A DNA stretch of 63,960 nucleotides, counting the filler, from Hausera hauseri (lineage: Eukaryota): assembly GCA_046269625.1 (NCBI GenBank). It is 10 parts of 10 records of this genome, joined end to end, with 100 filler letters (N's around TTAATTAATTAA, not from the genome) between each part and the next. Parts side by side here need not be neighbours in the genome. Positions count along the whole stretch, not along the records: positions 1 to 13,293 come from JBJURY010855410.1; positions 13,394 to 19,512 come from JBJURY010138205.1; 8 more parts are not named here. One strand, given 5' to 3'. Positions within the stretch are counted from its first letter, which is position 1. Every line of letters begins with the position of its first letter. The notes beneath the pieces were generated by a model, which worked only from the letters and a program-made list of their open reading frames with translations, searched no databases and was not told the origin of the DNA. The position numbers and the translations under genes were made by a program. Shown piece by piece: positions 1 through 14,575 of the stretch.

Positions 1-3000
1 GACACAACGTGACCAATCACATATCATCATATAATGAATCACGTGACACAACGTGACCAACCGCATATCATCACATAGTGAATCACGTCACACAACGTGA
101 CCAACCGCATAATATCACATAATAAATCACATGACACAACGTGACCAAACATATATCATCACATAATGAATCACGTGACATAACGTTACCAACCGCTTAA
201 TATCACATAAGGAAACACGTGACACAATGTGATCAAGCAGATATCATCACCTAATGAATCACGTGACACAACGTGACCAAACACATAACATCACATAATG
301 AATCACGTGACACAAGTGACAAATTTCGTGACCAGCCTCATATTATCACGTATTGAATCATGCGATACAACATGTCCAATAACATAACACCACATAATGA
401 ATCACGTGACACAACGTGACCAATCATATATCATCACATAATGAATGGCGTAATAAAACGTGACTAATCACATAACGTCACAGAATGAATCACGTGACGC
501 TACTGGCAACTTTCTAGACCACTCTCATAATACCACTAATTAAATCATGTGACGCAACGCGTCCAATTATATAACATCACATAATGAATCACGTGACACA
601 ATGTGACCAATCATATAACATCAACTAATAAATCACTTGACACAACGTGACCAATCACATACCATAACATAATGAATCATATGACACAACATGATCAGCC
701 ACGTGACCAATCTCATAACATAATGTATTGTATCACTTGACACAACGTGACCAATTATACATCATGGTATAATCAATCTCATGCCTCAACGTGGCCAATC
801 ATATAATATGACATAATGAGTTACGCGACACATCATGAACAATCTCATGACATCATATAATAAATCACGTGACACGGCGTGACTAAGCACGTAACATCAC
901 ATAATGAATGACGTGACACATGTGACAAATTTTGTGAACAGTTTCATAATATCACGTAATGAATCATGTGACACAACGAGTCCAATCAGATAAAGTCCCA
1001 TAATGAATCGCGTGACACAAAGCGGCCAATCACATAATATCACATAAGGAATCACGTGACACAATGTAACCAACAACGTGACCAATATCAAATATCATGT
1101 AATGAATCACTTGACACAACATGATCAATCATATAATATCACATAACAATTCACATGACACAACATGAGCAAATTCATAATAAAACATAAGGAATCACGT
1201 TAAACAACGTGACCAATTATACAATATCGCATAATAAATCACGTGACACAACGTGACTAACAGCATAATATCCCATAATGAATTACGAGATACAGCGTGA
1301 CCAATCACATTACATCACATAACGAATCACGTGACACTAGTGGCAAAATACGTGACAAGTATCATAATATCAGGTAATGAATTACTCGACACATCGTGAA
1401 AAATGACATAACATCACGTAGAAAATCACGAGACACAAGGTGACCAATCATATAACATCATATAATGAATCACGTGGCACAAAGTGACCAAATACATAAC
1501 ATCGCATAATAATCCGTTACACAATGTGACCAATTATATCACATCGCATAATCAAACATGTGACACAACGTGACCAATCACATAACATCACATAACGAAT
1601 CACGTGAACCAAGGTGACAAAATTTATAACATCACATAATTAATCACATAACACAGCGTGACCAATCACATAACATCACATAATGAATCACGCGATACAA
1701 CGTGACCCATAACATACCATCACATAATGAATCACGAGACACAACGTCAACAATCACGTAACATCACATAATGAATCACGTGACGCTAGTGGCAAATTTC
1801 TTGACCAGTCTCATAATATCACTAAATGATTCATGTGACACAACGCGTCCAATCCTATAACATCACATAATGAATCACGTGACACAACATTTCCAATCAC
1901 ATAACATCACATAATGAATCACGTGACACAAGGATCCAACCGCATAATATCCTATAATGATTTACGTGACACAACGTGACCAATCATATAACATCACATA
2001 ACGAATCACGTGAAGAAACGTGACAAAATATATAACATCACATAATTAATCACGTGATACAACGTGACCAATCACATATCATCGCTTAATGAATCTTGTG
2101 GTACAACGTGACCAACTACATAACATATCACAATTTATCACATGATACAACGTGACCAATCACATAACATCATATAATAAATCACGTGACACAACATGAC
2201 CAATCACATAACATCGCATAATGAATTACGTGGTACAACGTGACCAACTACATAACATATCACAGTGAATCACATGATACAACGTGACCAATCACATAAC
2301 ATCATATAATGAATCACGCGACACAACATTTCCAAACACATGACATCCCATAATGAATCACATGACACAATGTGACCAATCACATACCATCACATTATGA
2401 ATCATATGACACAACATGATCAGCCGCGTGTCCAATCTCATAACATCATTTATTGTATCACTTGACACAATGTGACCAATTATAAAACATCGTATAATCA
2501 ATAACATGCCTCAACGTGGCCAATCATATAATATCACATAATGAATCACGCGACATATCATGATCAATCTCATGATATCACATAATAAATCAAGTGACAC
2601 AAGGTGACAAAGCACGTAACATCACAACATGAATCGCGAGACACAACGTGGCCAATAATATAACATCGCATAATTATCACATTACACAACGTGACCAATT
2701 ATGTAATATCACATAATGAATCACGCGACACAACATGACCAATCTCATAATGACACATAACGATTCACGTGATACAGTGTCAACAAGCACGTAACATCAC
2801 ATTATGAATCATGAGACACAACGTGACCAATCACATAACATCACATAATGAATCACGTGACACAACGTGACCAATCGCATATCATCTCGTAATAAATCAC
2901 ACGAAACAACGTAAGCAACCGCAGAAAATCACATAATTATAAGGTTACATAAGGCGAACAATTATATGACATCGCATAATCAATCTCATGACACCACGTG

Positions 3001-6000
3001 GCCAATAATATAATATCACATAATGAATCACGTGACACAATGTGACCAATCTGATAACATCACATAAAGAATCACGTGACACAAGGTGACCAAATATATA
3101 ACATCATATAATTAATCACGTAACACAACGTGACCAATCACGTAACATCACATAATGAATCACATGACACAACGTGACCAATCACATAACATCGCATAAT
3201 GAATCGAGTAGTACAACGTGACCAACTATATAACGTAGCACTATGAATCACATAACACATCATGACCAATCACATAACATCACATAATGAATCACGTGAC
3301 ACAACGTGACCAATAACATATCATCACATAATAAATTACGAGACACAACGCGTCCAATCACTTATCATCACATAATGAATTTCGTGACACAACTTGGCCA
3401 ATATATAATATCGCATAGTGAATCACATGACACATCGTAACCAATTACATAAGATAACATAATGAATCACCGGACACAACGTGACCAATCGCATAACATC
3501 ACATGATGAATCGCGTGACACAACGTGGCCAATTATATAATATCGTATAATGAATCACATGACACAACGTGAACAATCACGTAACATAGCATACTGAATC
3601 ACGTGACACGTTTTTTCCAATCACATAACATCACATAATGATTGACATGACACAATGTGACCAATCATATAACATTATATAATGGATCACCTCACACAAC
3701 GTGACCAATCCCATGGTATCACATATTGAATCACGTGACACATGTTACAAATTTCCTGACCATTTTAATAATATCATGTAATGAATCATGTGACACAACG
3801 AGTCCAATCACATAATATCACATAATGAAGCACGTGACAAAACGTGACCAATCACATAATATAACATAATGAATCACGTGACACAATATAAACAATCACG
3901 TGACCAGTATCATAATATCATGCAATGAATCACCTGACACAATGTGACTTATCACATAAATTCACATAATTAATCACATGACACAACGTGACCAAAGACA
4001 TAATATAATGTAATGTATCACGTGACGCAACGTGACCAGTCACGTGACTTATCCGATAGCATCACGGTATGTACCACGTGACACATCTTTATCAATCACA
4101 TAACACAACATAAAGAATCACACGACAAAACATAATCAGCCACGCGACCAATGTCATGGCATCACGTAATGAATCACGTGAAACAATGTGACCAATTACA
4201 TAACATCACATAATGAATCACGTGACACAACGTGACCAATTATATAATATCGCATAATGAATCACATGACACAACGTGACCAATCACATAACATCACATA
4301 ACGCATGACGTGACACAAGTTGACCAAATGTATATCATCACATAATTAATCACGTGACACCATGTGACCAATCACATAACATCGCTTAATGAATCACGTG
4401 GTACAACTTGACCAACTATATAACATAGCACAATGAATCACATGACACAACGTGACCAATTACGCAACATCACATCATAAATCACGTGACACTACGTTAC
4501 AAATCGCATATCATCTCATTATGATTCACATTACACAACGTGACCAACCGCATAAAATCACACAATAATCACGTTACACAAGCTGACCAATTATATCACA
4601 TCGCATAATCAATCACAGACACAACGTGGCCAATCATGTAATATCACATAATGAACCATGTGACACTGGTGGCAAATTTCTTGACCAGTCTCATAATATC
4701 ACTAAATGAATCATATGCCACAACGCGTCCAATCCCACAACATCACATAATGAATCACGTGACACAACGTGGCCAATTATATAATATCGCATAGGGAATC
4801 ACATGGAATAACGTGACCAATCTCATAACATCACATAATGAATCACATGACACAACGTGACAAATATCATAACATCGCATAATGAATCGCGTGGTACAAC
4901 GTGACCAACTGCATAACACATCACCATGAATCACCTGACACAACGTGACCAATTACATAATATCGCATAATGAATCACATGACACAACGTGACTAATCAC
5001 ATATCATTACACAATGAATCACGAGCCACAACTTCATCAATTACGTAACATCACATAATGAATCACGTGACACTAATGGAAAAATTCTTGACAAGTTTCA
5101 TATATCACTAAATGAATCATGTGACACAACGCGTCCAATCACATAACACCATATAACGAATAACGCAAAACAACGTGACCAAATATATAACATCACATTA
5201 TTAATCACGTGACACAACGTGACCATTTATATATTATCGCATAATGAATCACATGACACAAAGTGACCAATCACATAACATCACAAAATGAATCACGTGA
5301 CACTACTGACAAATTTCGTGACCAGTCAAATAATATCACTAAATGAATCATGTGACACAACGCGTCCAATCACTTATCATCACATAATGAATCACGTGAC
5401 ACAACGTGGCCAATTATACAATATCGCATAGTGAATCACATGACACAACTTGACCAACCATATAACATCTTATAATGAATCACGTGACACAACGTGACCA
5501 ATTTCATAACACCACATAACGAATCACGTGACACAACGTGACCAAACTAATATTATCTCATAATGATTCACGTGACACAACGTGTCGAAGCACGTAACAA
5601 CACATTGTGAATTACGAGACACAAAGTGACCAAACACGTAATATCACATAATGAATCACGTGACACAACTTGACCAATTATATAATATCGCATAATTAAT
5701 TACATGACACAACGTGACAAATCACATAACATCACATAACGAATTACGTGAAACAACGTGACGAAATATATAACATCACATTATTAATCACGTGAAACAA
5801 CGTGACCAATCACGTAACATCACATAATGATTCACGTGACACAACGTGACCAATTATATAATATCGCATAATGAATTACATGACACAACGAGACCAATTA
5901 TATCACATCGCATAATCAATCACATGACACAACGTGACCAATTATGTAATATCGCATAATAAATTACATGACACAACGTGACCAATGATATCACATCACA

Positions 6001-9000
6001 TAATGAATCACGTGACACAACTTGAGCAATTATATAATATGGCATAATGAATTACATGACACAACGTAACCAATCACATAACATCACATAACGAATTACG
6101 TGAAACAACGTGACCAAATATATAACATCACATAATGAATCACGTGACACAACTTGACCAATTATATAATATCGCATAATGAATTACATGACACAACGTG
6201 ACCAATTACATAATATCGCATAATGAATCACGTGACACAACGTGACCAATCACATAACGTCACATAATGAATCACATTACACAACGTGACCAACCACATA
6301 ACATCACATAATGAATCATGTGAAAGAACGTGACCAAATATATAACATCACATTATTAATCACGTGACACAACGTGACCAATCACGTAACATCACATAAT
6401 GAATCACGTGACACAAAGTGACCAAATATATAACATCACATTATTAATCGTTTGACACAACGTGACCAACCACATAACATCACATAATGAATCACGTAAC
6501 ACAACGTGACCAAGTACATAATATATCCTTATTAATCACATGACAGAACATGACAAATCACGTAACATTGCATAATGAATCTCTTGACACAACCTGTCCA
6601 AGCACGTAACATCTCAATATGATTCACCAGAAACAATGTGACAAATCACTATTTCACACGATGAATCACGTGACAATAGTGACAAATTTCGTGACATGTC
6701 TCATAATATCATTAAATGAATCATGGGATACAAAGAGTCCAATCATATAACATCACATAATGAATCACGTGACACAACTTGACCAATTATATAATATCGC
6801 ATAATGAATCGCATGACACAACGTGACCAATCACATAAATTCACATAACGAATTACGTGAAACAACGTGACGAAATATATAACATCACATTATTAATCAC
6901 GTGACAGAACGTGACAAATGACGTAACATTGCATAATGAATAACGTGACACAACTTGACCAACCGCATAATATAACCTAATGAATCACGTTCCACAAGTG
7001 ACAAAATACGTGACTAGTCTCATAATATCACGTAATGAATTACGTGACTCATCGTGACCAATCACACAATATCACGTAAGGAAACATGTGACACAAAGTG
7101 ACGAATCATATAACATCACATAATGAATCACGTGACACAACGTGACCAAATATATCAAATCACATTATGAATAACATGACACAATGTGACCAAACACATT
7201 GTACCCTATAAAGGGTCACGTGACACAACGTGATTAATCACATAACTTCTCATAGTGCATCACATGACACAACGTGAGCAGTCAAATAAAATCGCATAAT
7301 AATCACGTTACACAACGTGACCAATTATATCACACCACATAATCAATCACATGAAACAACGTGGCCAATTATATAATATCACATAATGTCACGTGACACA
7401 ACGTGACCAATCTCATAACATCTTATAATGAATCACGTGACACAACGTGTTCAAGCACGTAATATCACATTATGATTCAGCAGAAACAACGTGACCAATC
7501 ACAAAATTTTGCACGATGAATCACGTGACACTAGTGACAAATTTCGTGACATGTCTCATATTATCATTAAATCAATCATGGGATACAAAGAGTCCAATCA
7601 TATAACATCACATAATGTATCACATGACACAAAGTGACAAACAACATAACATCGCATAATGAATCGCGTGGTACTTGATCAACTACATAACAGAGCACAA
7701 TGAATCACATGACACAACTTGACCAGTCACATAACATCACATAATGAATAACATGACACAATGTGACCAAACACATAGCACCCTATAGAGAGTCACGTGG
7801 CACAACGTGAATAATCATATAACTTCTCATAATGAATCACATGACACACCATAACCAAATATATAACACCACATAATTAATCTCGTGACACAACGGGAAC
7901 AATCACGTAACATCACATAATGAATCACATTACACAACGTGACCAACCACATAATATCACATAATGAATCACGTAACACAACGTGACCAATTACATAATA
8001 TCTCCTTATTAATCACATGACAGAACGTGACAAATCACGTAACATTGCATAATGAATAACGTGACACAACTTGACCAACCGCATAATATCACATAATGAA
8101 TCACGTGACACAAGTGACAAAATACGTGACCAATCTCATAATATCACGTAATGAATTACGTGATTCATCGTGACCAATCACACAATATCACGTAATGAAA
8201 CATGTGACACAAAGTGACGAATCATATAACATCACATAATGAATCACGTGACGCAACGTGACCAAATATATAACATCACATTACGAATAACATGACACAA
8301 TGTGACCAAACACATAGCACCCTATAGACAGTCACGTGACACAACGTAATTAATCGTATAACTTCTCATAATGCATCACATGACACAACGTGACCAGTCA
8401 CATAAAATCGCATAATAATCACATTACGCAACGTGACCACTTATATTATATCACATAATGAATCACGTGACACAACGTGACCAATCTCATAACATCACAT
8501 AATGAATCTCTTGACACAACGTGTCCAAGCACGTAACATCTCAATATGATTCACCAGAAACAACGTGACAAATCACTATTTCACACGATGAATCACGTGA
8601 CACTAGTGACAAATTTCGTGACATGTCTCATAATATCATTAAATGAATCATGGGATACAAAGAGTCCAATCATATAACATCACATAATGAATCACGTGAC
8701 ACAACTTGACCAATTATATAATATCGCATAATGAATCGCATGACACAACGTGACCAATCACATAAATTCACATAACGAATTACGTGAAACAACGTGACGA
8801 AATATATAACATCACATTATTAATCACGTGACAGAACGTGACAAATGACGTAACATTGCATAATGAATAACGTGACACAACTTGACCAACCGCATAATAT
8901 AACCTAATGAATCACGTTCCACAAGTGACAAAATACGTGACTAGTCTCATAATATCACGTAATGAATTACGTGACTCATCGTGACCAATCACACAATATC

Positions 9001-12000
9001 ACGTAAGGAAACATGTGACACAAAGTGACGAATCATATAACATCACATAATGAATCACGTGACACAACGTGACCAAATATATCAAATCACATTATGAATA
9101 ACATGACACAATGTGACCAAACACATTGTACCCTATAAAGGGTCACGTGACACAACGTGATTAATCACATAACTTCTCATAGTGCATCACATGACACAAC
9201 GTGAGCAGTCAAATAAAATCGCATAATAATCACGTTACACAACGTGACCAATTATATCACACCACATAATCAATCACATGAAACAACGTGGCCAATTATA
9301 TAATATCACATAATGTCACGTGACACAACGTGACCAATCTCATAACATCTTATAATGAATCACGTGACACAACGTGTTCAAGCACGTAATATCACATTAT
9401 GATTCAGCAGAAACAACGTGACCAATCACAAAATTTTGCACGATGAATCACGTGACACTAGTGACAAATTTCGTGACATGTCTCATATTATCATTAAATC
9501 AATCATGGGATACAAAGAGTCCAATCATATAACATCACATAATGTATCACATGACACAAAGTGACAAACAACATAACATCGCATAATGAATCGCGTGGTA
9601 CTTGATCAACTACATAACAGAGCACAATGAATCACATGACACAACTTGACCAGTCACATAACATCACATAATGAATAACATGACACAATGTGACCAAACA
9701 CATAGCACCCTATAGAGAGTCACGTGGCACAACGTGAATAATCATATAACTTCTCATAATGAATCACATGACACACCATGACCAAATATATAACATCACA
9801 CAATTAATCACGTGACACAACGTGACCCATCACATAATATCGCATAATGAATCAATTGGTACAACATGACCAATCACATATCATCACATAATGAATCACG
9901 TGACACAACGTGACCAACCGCATAATATCACATGATGAATCACGTGACACAACGTGACCAATCACATATCATCACACAATGAATCACGTGACACAGCGTG
10001 ACCAACCACACAACATCACACTATGAATCACGAGACACAACGTGACAATCACATAACATCGCATAATGAATCAAGTGGTACAACATGACCAATCACATAT
10101 CATCACATAATGAATCTCGTGACACAACGTTACATATCACAGGACGTCACATGTCCAGTCACGTAACCAATCACATAAAATCACGTAGTGAATCACGTGA
10201 CACAACGTTACCAATCAAAGGACGTCACATGACCACTAACGTGATCAATCACGTCACATCACCTAATGAATCACGTGACACACCATGACCAATTATATAT
10301 AATCGCGTAATGAATCACATGACAACGTGACCAAACACATGACATTACGTGAGCAAACACGTGACCAATCATATTACATCACGTAGTGCCTCACGTGACA
10401 CAACGTGACCAATCACAGGACATGAAGTTACCAATAACGCGACCCAACACACAACATCACGTGATTAATCACGTGACACAACGTTACCAATCAAAGGACA
10501 TCACACGACCACTAACGTGACCAATCACGTCACATCACCTAATGAATCACGTGACACACCGTGACCAATTATATATAATCGCGTAATGAATCACATGACA
10601 ACGTGACCAAATACATGACATTACGTGAGCAAACACGTTACCAATCATATGACATCAGGTAATAAATCACGTGACACAATATGGCGAATCACAAGATATA
10701 AATTGACCCATCACGTGACCAATCATATTACATCACGTAGTGCGTCACGTGACACAACGTGACCAATCACAGGATATGAAGTTACCAATAACGCGACCCA
10801 ACACACAATATCACGTGATTAATCACGTGACACAACGTGACAAATCACGGGTCATCACGTTACCAATAACATGATCAATCACACAACATCACGTGATTAA
10901 TTACGTGACACAACATTTCCAATCACATAACATGACATAATGAATCTCGTGACACAACGTGACCAATCATATAGTATCACATAATGAATTACATGACGCA
11001 ACGTGGCCAAACACACAACATCACGTGATTAATCACGTGACATAACGTGACCAATCACATAACATCACGTGACCGATCACGTGACCAATCATATGACATC
11101 ACATAATGAATCACGTGACACAACGTGACCAATTACGTGACATCTCGCGGCCAATCACGTGCCCAATCAGATAACGTCATGTTATGAATTACGTGACGCA
11201 GCGTGACCATTATCATGATATCTCGTGGCCAATCACGTGACCAATGCGTTAACTTCACGTAATGAATCACGTGACAAACCGTGACCAATCACGGGACATA
11301 ACTGACCAATGAAGTGACCAATCACGTAATATTATGTGATGAATTACATGACACAACGGTATCAATCACACGATATAACGTGACCAATCACGAGACCAAT
11401 CACATAGCATCACGTATTGCATCACGTGGCACAAAGCGACCAATCGCAGGACGTTACGTGGCCAATCAGGAGACCAATAATTTAACATCACGTAATGAAT
11501 CACGTGACACAACGTGACGAATCACATGATATCGAGTGACCAATCACTCGACCAATAATATAACATCACGTAATGAATCACGTGACACAACGTGACCAAT
11601 CACGTAACATCACGTGACCTATCACGTGATAAATCATATATCATCACAACGTGACCGAACACAGCACGTCACGGATTCAATCAAGCGGAAAATTTTATAA
11701 CATAATATAACGACTCACGTGACACAACGTGACCAATCACAGGACATCACGTGACCAATCACGAGACCAAAAATTTAACATAACATAATGAATCACGTGA
11801 CACAAAGTGACGAATCGCAGTACAACACGTTACCAATCACGTAAGCAATCATATAGCATCACTTAATCAATCACGTGACACAACTTGACCAATCACAGCA
11901 CATCACGTGTCCAATTACATAGCATCACTTTATGAATCACATGACACAACGTGACCAATCACATGACATCACGTGACCAATCACGCGACCTATCACATTA

Positions 12001-12066
12001 CTTTACGCAATATATCACGTGACACAACGTGAGCAATCACCGGACATCACGTGACGAATCACGTGA
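1..12066. repeat. Satellite array, ~44-bp unit built of four 11-bp subrepeats (ATCACATAATG AATCACGTGAC ACAACGTGACC AATCACATAAC); longer 56/66/78-bp variants
   Basis: TAATGAATCA recurs at 1681 and 1725 (44 bp) and throughout. TCACGTGACA recurs at 11715, 11793 and 11871 (78-bp spacing) near the right end. ORFs here are repeat translations. Confidence 0.97.
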
Positions 12067-12099
12067 TATAATGTATTCCATTTTCCTTGGGAGATTCCG

Positions 12100-13293
12100 T
12101 AGATATTCTAAAACCATGTTTTCGTCTTTTCATTATCTCGTTGAGTTTAGGAAATTTCAATAATAATTTACTCCCTTTATGAGTGTAGTGACTTCGAATA
12201 GAGCAACTGTTTTCGGCTTTTTTAATAAGTCATAATGAAGTAACTGAATATGGGCTAAGTAAGGATAACCTGATATTAGCTGAGCACACTCAACATATGT
12301 ATTGGTAACTAGAAAACAGGCGTCAGTTGTATTTTCCAATGTAAGGATAAAGTCAGGATTTGGCAAACTGAACATTATACGATCAGATTTTACTTGTATA
12401 TAGATGTCTAATTGTTTAAAAGAAATAATCTGGATGCGTTCTGGGGTTTGTCTTATTCCGGCTATTAGATAGGGGATTTTATTATAAACTGAATAATGGA
12501 AACTACTTAACCAAATGTATTTGGGCAAGATGATTGTAATTGCAGTGTAAGAAGTATCTGTCGATTATCTTGTTTCGTGCATGATATTGGAGGTCGGGAG
12601 CTTGTGACATCTAAAGTATATACTTCGTCAATGCATCTTTTTTCAGCACATGATAGGGCATAGCTGACTCGGCTGATTTGAGGTGCTACCACTAAAATTT
12701 CCTTTTCATCGAATATCTTTGCTCCGATTCGCTTATTATCTTCGATCGAAGGGGTACACGGAATCATTGATGCTTTTCTTTCTATTCCGGTTACCGTACA
12801 TCGCCATATACCATTTACGACGCGAAACATAGCAAATATCAATGAATATTCTTGATCAGGTCGTGCAAATATGCAAGTCGATTGGTTATCCTCTCTGTAA
12901 TAATGAATATTTTTATATCCGATCGTTGTGTCAGCATATCACGTGGTTATTTGCATTACTCTACCTTTTGGAATTTTCCTATCCCATTCTATTGGTAAGC
13001 ATTGCCTTTTATAATCGGGTTGTCCTATAAATATCCTCTCCTCTAAAAATGATCTATCAATCCGGGTTTGCTGTCTCTGTTCAAGTGAATGGTCTGTTAG
13101 AGATAACATAACTGTTTTTGGTCTTAACGGTATCATTATTTTGAATGTTCGATCTTCATAGAGGGGTAAATTTTTATTTTTTGAAATATGTATCTGCACT
13201 GAATAGACGGTTTTAGGCATAACTTTACAACAATTCTCCCCATATGTGGACGTAGACGTACATAGCATTTTTTCTTCCCTATAGAGTGTTAAC
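12100..13293 (-). pseudogene. Decayed unknown ORF (three frameshifted pieces), probably a retroelement accessory ORF
   Basis: Three abutting minus-strand ORFs (12939-13268, 12507-12842, 12157-12528). Weak colinear similarity to the 30600-31346 ORFs (TSSRPP/TTLRPP; KIPYL/KLVPYL; YP...ALFEVT/YP...ALIQIT). Confidence 0.4.
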
Positions 13294-13393
13294 NNNNNNN
13301 NNNNNNNNNNNNNNNNNNNNNNNNNNNNNNNNNNNNNTTAATTAATTAANNNNNNNNNNNNNNNNNNNNNNNNNNNNNNNNNNNNNNNNNNNN
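13294..13393. other. Artificial contig spacer (N44-TTAATTAATTAA-N44); also at 19513-19612, 25800-25899, 31891-31990, 37830-37929, 43510-43609, 49353-49452, 54826-54925, 59766-59865
   Basis: Identical 100-nt linker with stops in all six frames, repeated nine times. Confidence 0.99.
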
Positions 13394-13799
13394 AAGGTGC
13401 AACTCGATGTGCTCTATCGATTAGCACTTTATCCCGATCGATTCGATCAATACTGCACTGTGCAGCGATTATTAAGTGAAAAATGCAAAAGTGCCCTTAG
13501 TAACGGTGCCTAACGGCACCGTTGCTACGCACTTTTTGGATCGATACTGCACAGTGTGCTCTATCGATTGACGCATGTGCAAAATTAATTTATCGATTAC
13601 CCCCCCCCCGTCCGGGAAGGGTCTGTGCCCGAATGCCCATTTTCTCCATACTGACATTCTTTTATTGTGGGGGTGAATTACAGCATCCAAAAATGTTAGA
13701 TAACATTTGGACATTTTATTTGTTACGCTTTAAGTATAATCAGTTTATTGTTCGTGATCGACAATGCCAGTGGCTTTTTGTGGGTAATAGAATATCCTA

Positions 13800-14575
13800 A
13801 CTCTTGTTTGTTCATTCAATGACTCGATTTTTTCCGTTTTCGTCCACTTGAGACAAGACAGCCCCCATTGTGTCAAAATTAGCATCCTTCTGAAAATTCG
13901 GGTATGCCAGCACTGGGATGTTTGCCAGTGCGTTTTTCAAGTCTTGGCGCAATGTGTCATGTGCCTCTGTCCACACTAGGTTTTGCTTTCGCCACCACAC
14001 GATTCCAGTGCTTTCGAGTGTGTTGGGTAGTCTTTGGTGAACTTCCGGTAGTATCCGTATAATCCCGGGAAACTGCATACTTGCGTCACACAGGTTGGTT
14101 TTCTAAATTTTTGTATTGCTGCTGTTTTAGGATCGTCTGTCACAATCTCGTTGCTATTTACAATGTTCCCAAGAAACTTTGCTTCCGTCTGCGCCAATTT
14201 GCATTTTGTAGGTTTAACCTGCAATCCACTTTGTTCAATCCGTTTAAAAATACTTTAATCTTCTCCAATGTTCTTTTATCGTCGTTGAAAACACCAGAAT
14301 ATCGTTCAAATAGACCAGAGCTATTTTCCAATTTAGTTCGCCCAACACATGCATCATGATCTTCTGGAAGGTGAAAGAGACTTCCGATATGCCGAACGGC
14401 ATCCTCTTGAAGCAATACTTGCAACTCCTGATAGAAAACGCGGTCTTTAACTGAAAGTCTTTTAGTTCAACTTGGTAGTAGGCGTTACTTAAATCAATGG
14501 ATGTGAAGAACTTGGCTCTATTCCGCGTGTTCAGATTTTCTGAGATATTGGGAATCGGGAGTTTCACTTTCATAG
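13800..14575 (-). pseudogene. Ty3/gypsy pol fragment (RT and start of RNase H), frameshifted
   Basis: FTSIDLSNAYYQV, KTAFS, RMPFGI, VYLNDILVFS (degenerate YLDD), KCKLAQTEAKFLGNIV, PVLAYPNF, MGAVLSQ. Confidence 0.92.

Noticed and set aside
1-12066. ORFs, or a CRISPR-like array, in the 44-bp repeat
   Set aside because: No unique spacers and no cas genes; the ORFs are translations of the satellite.
13294-13393. TTAATTAATTAA as a biological motif, and ORFs ending in XXX-LIN
   Set aside because: Assembly linker.
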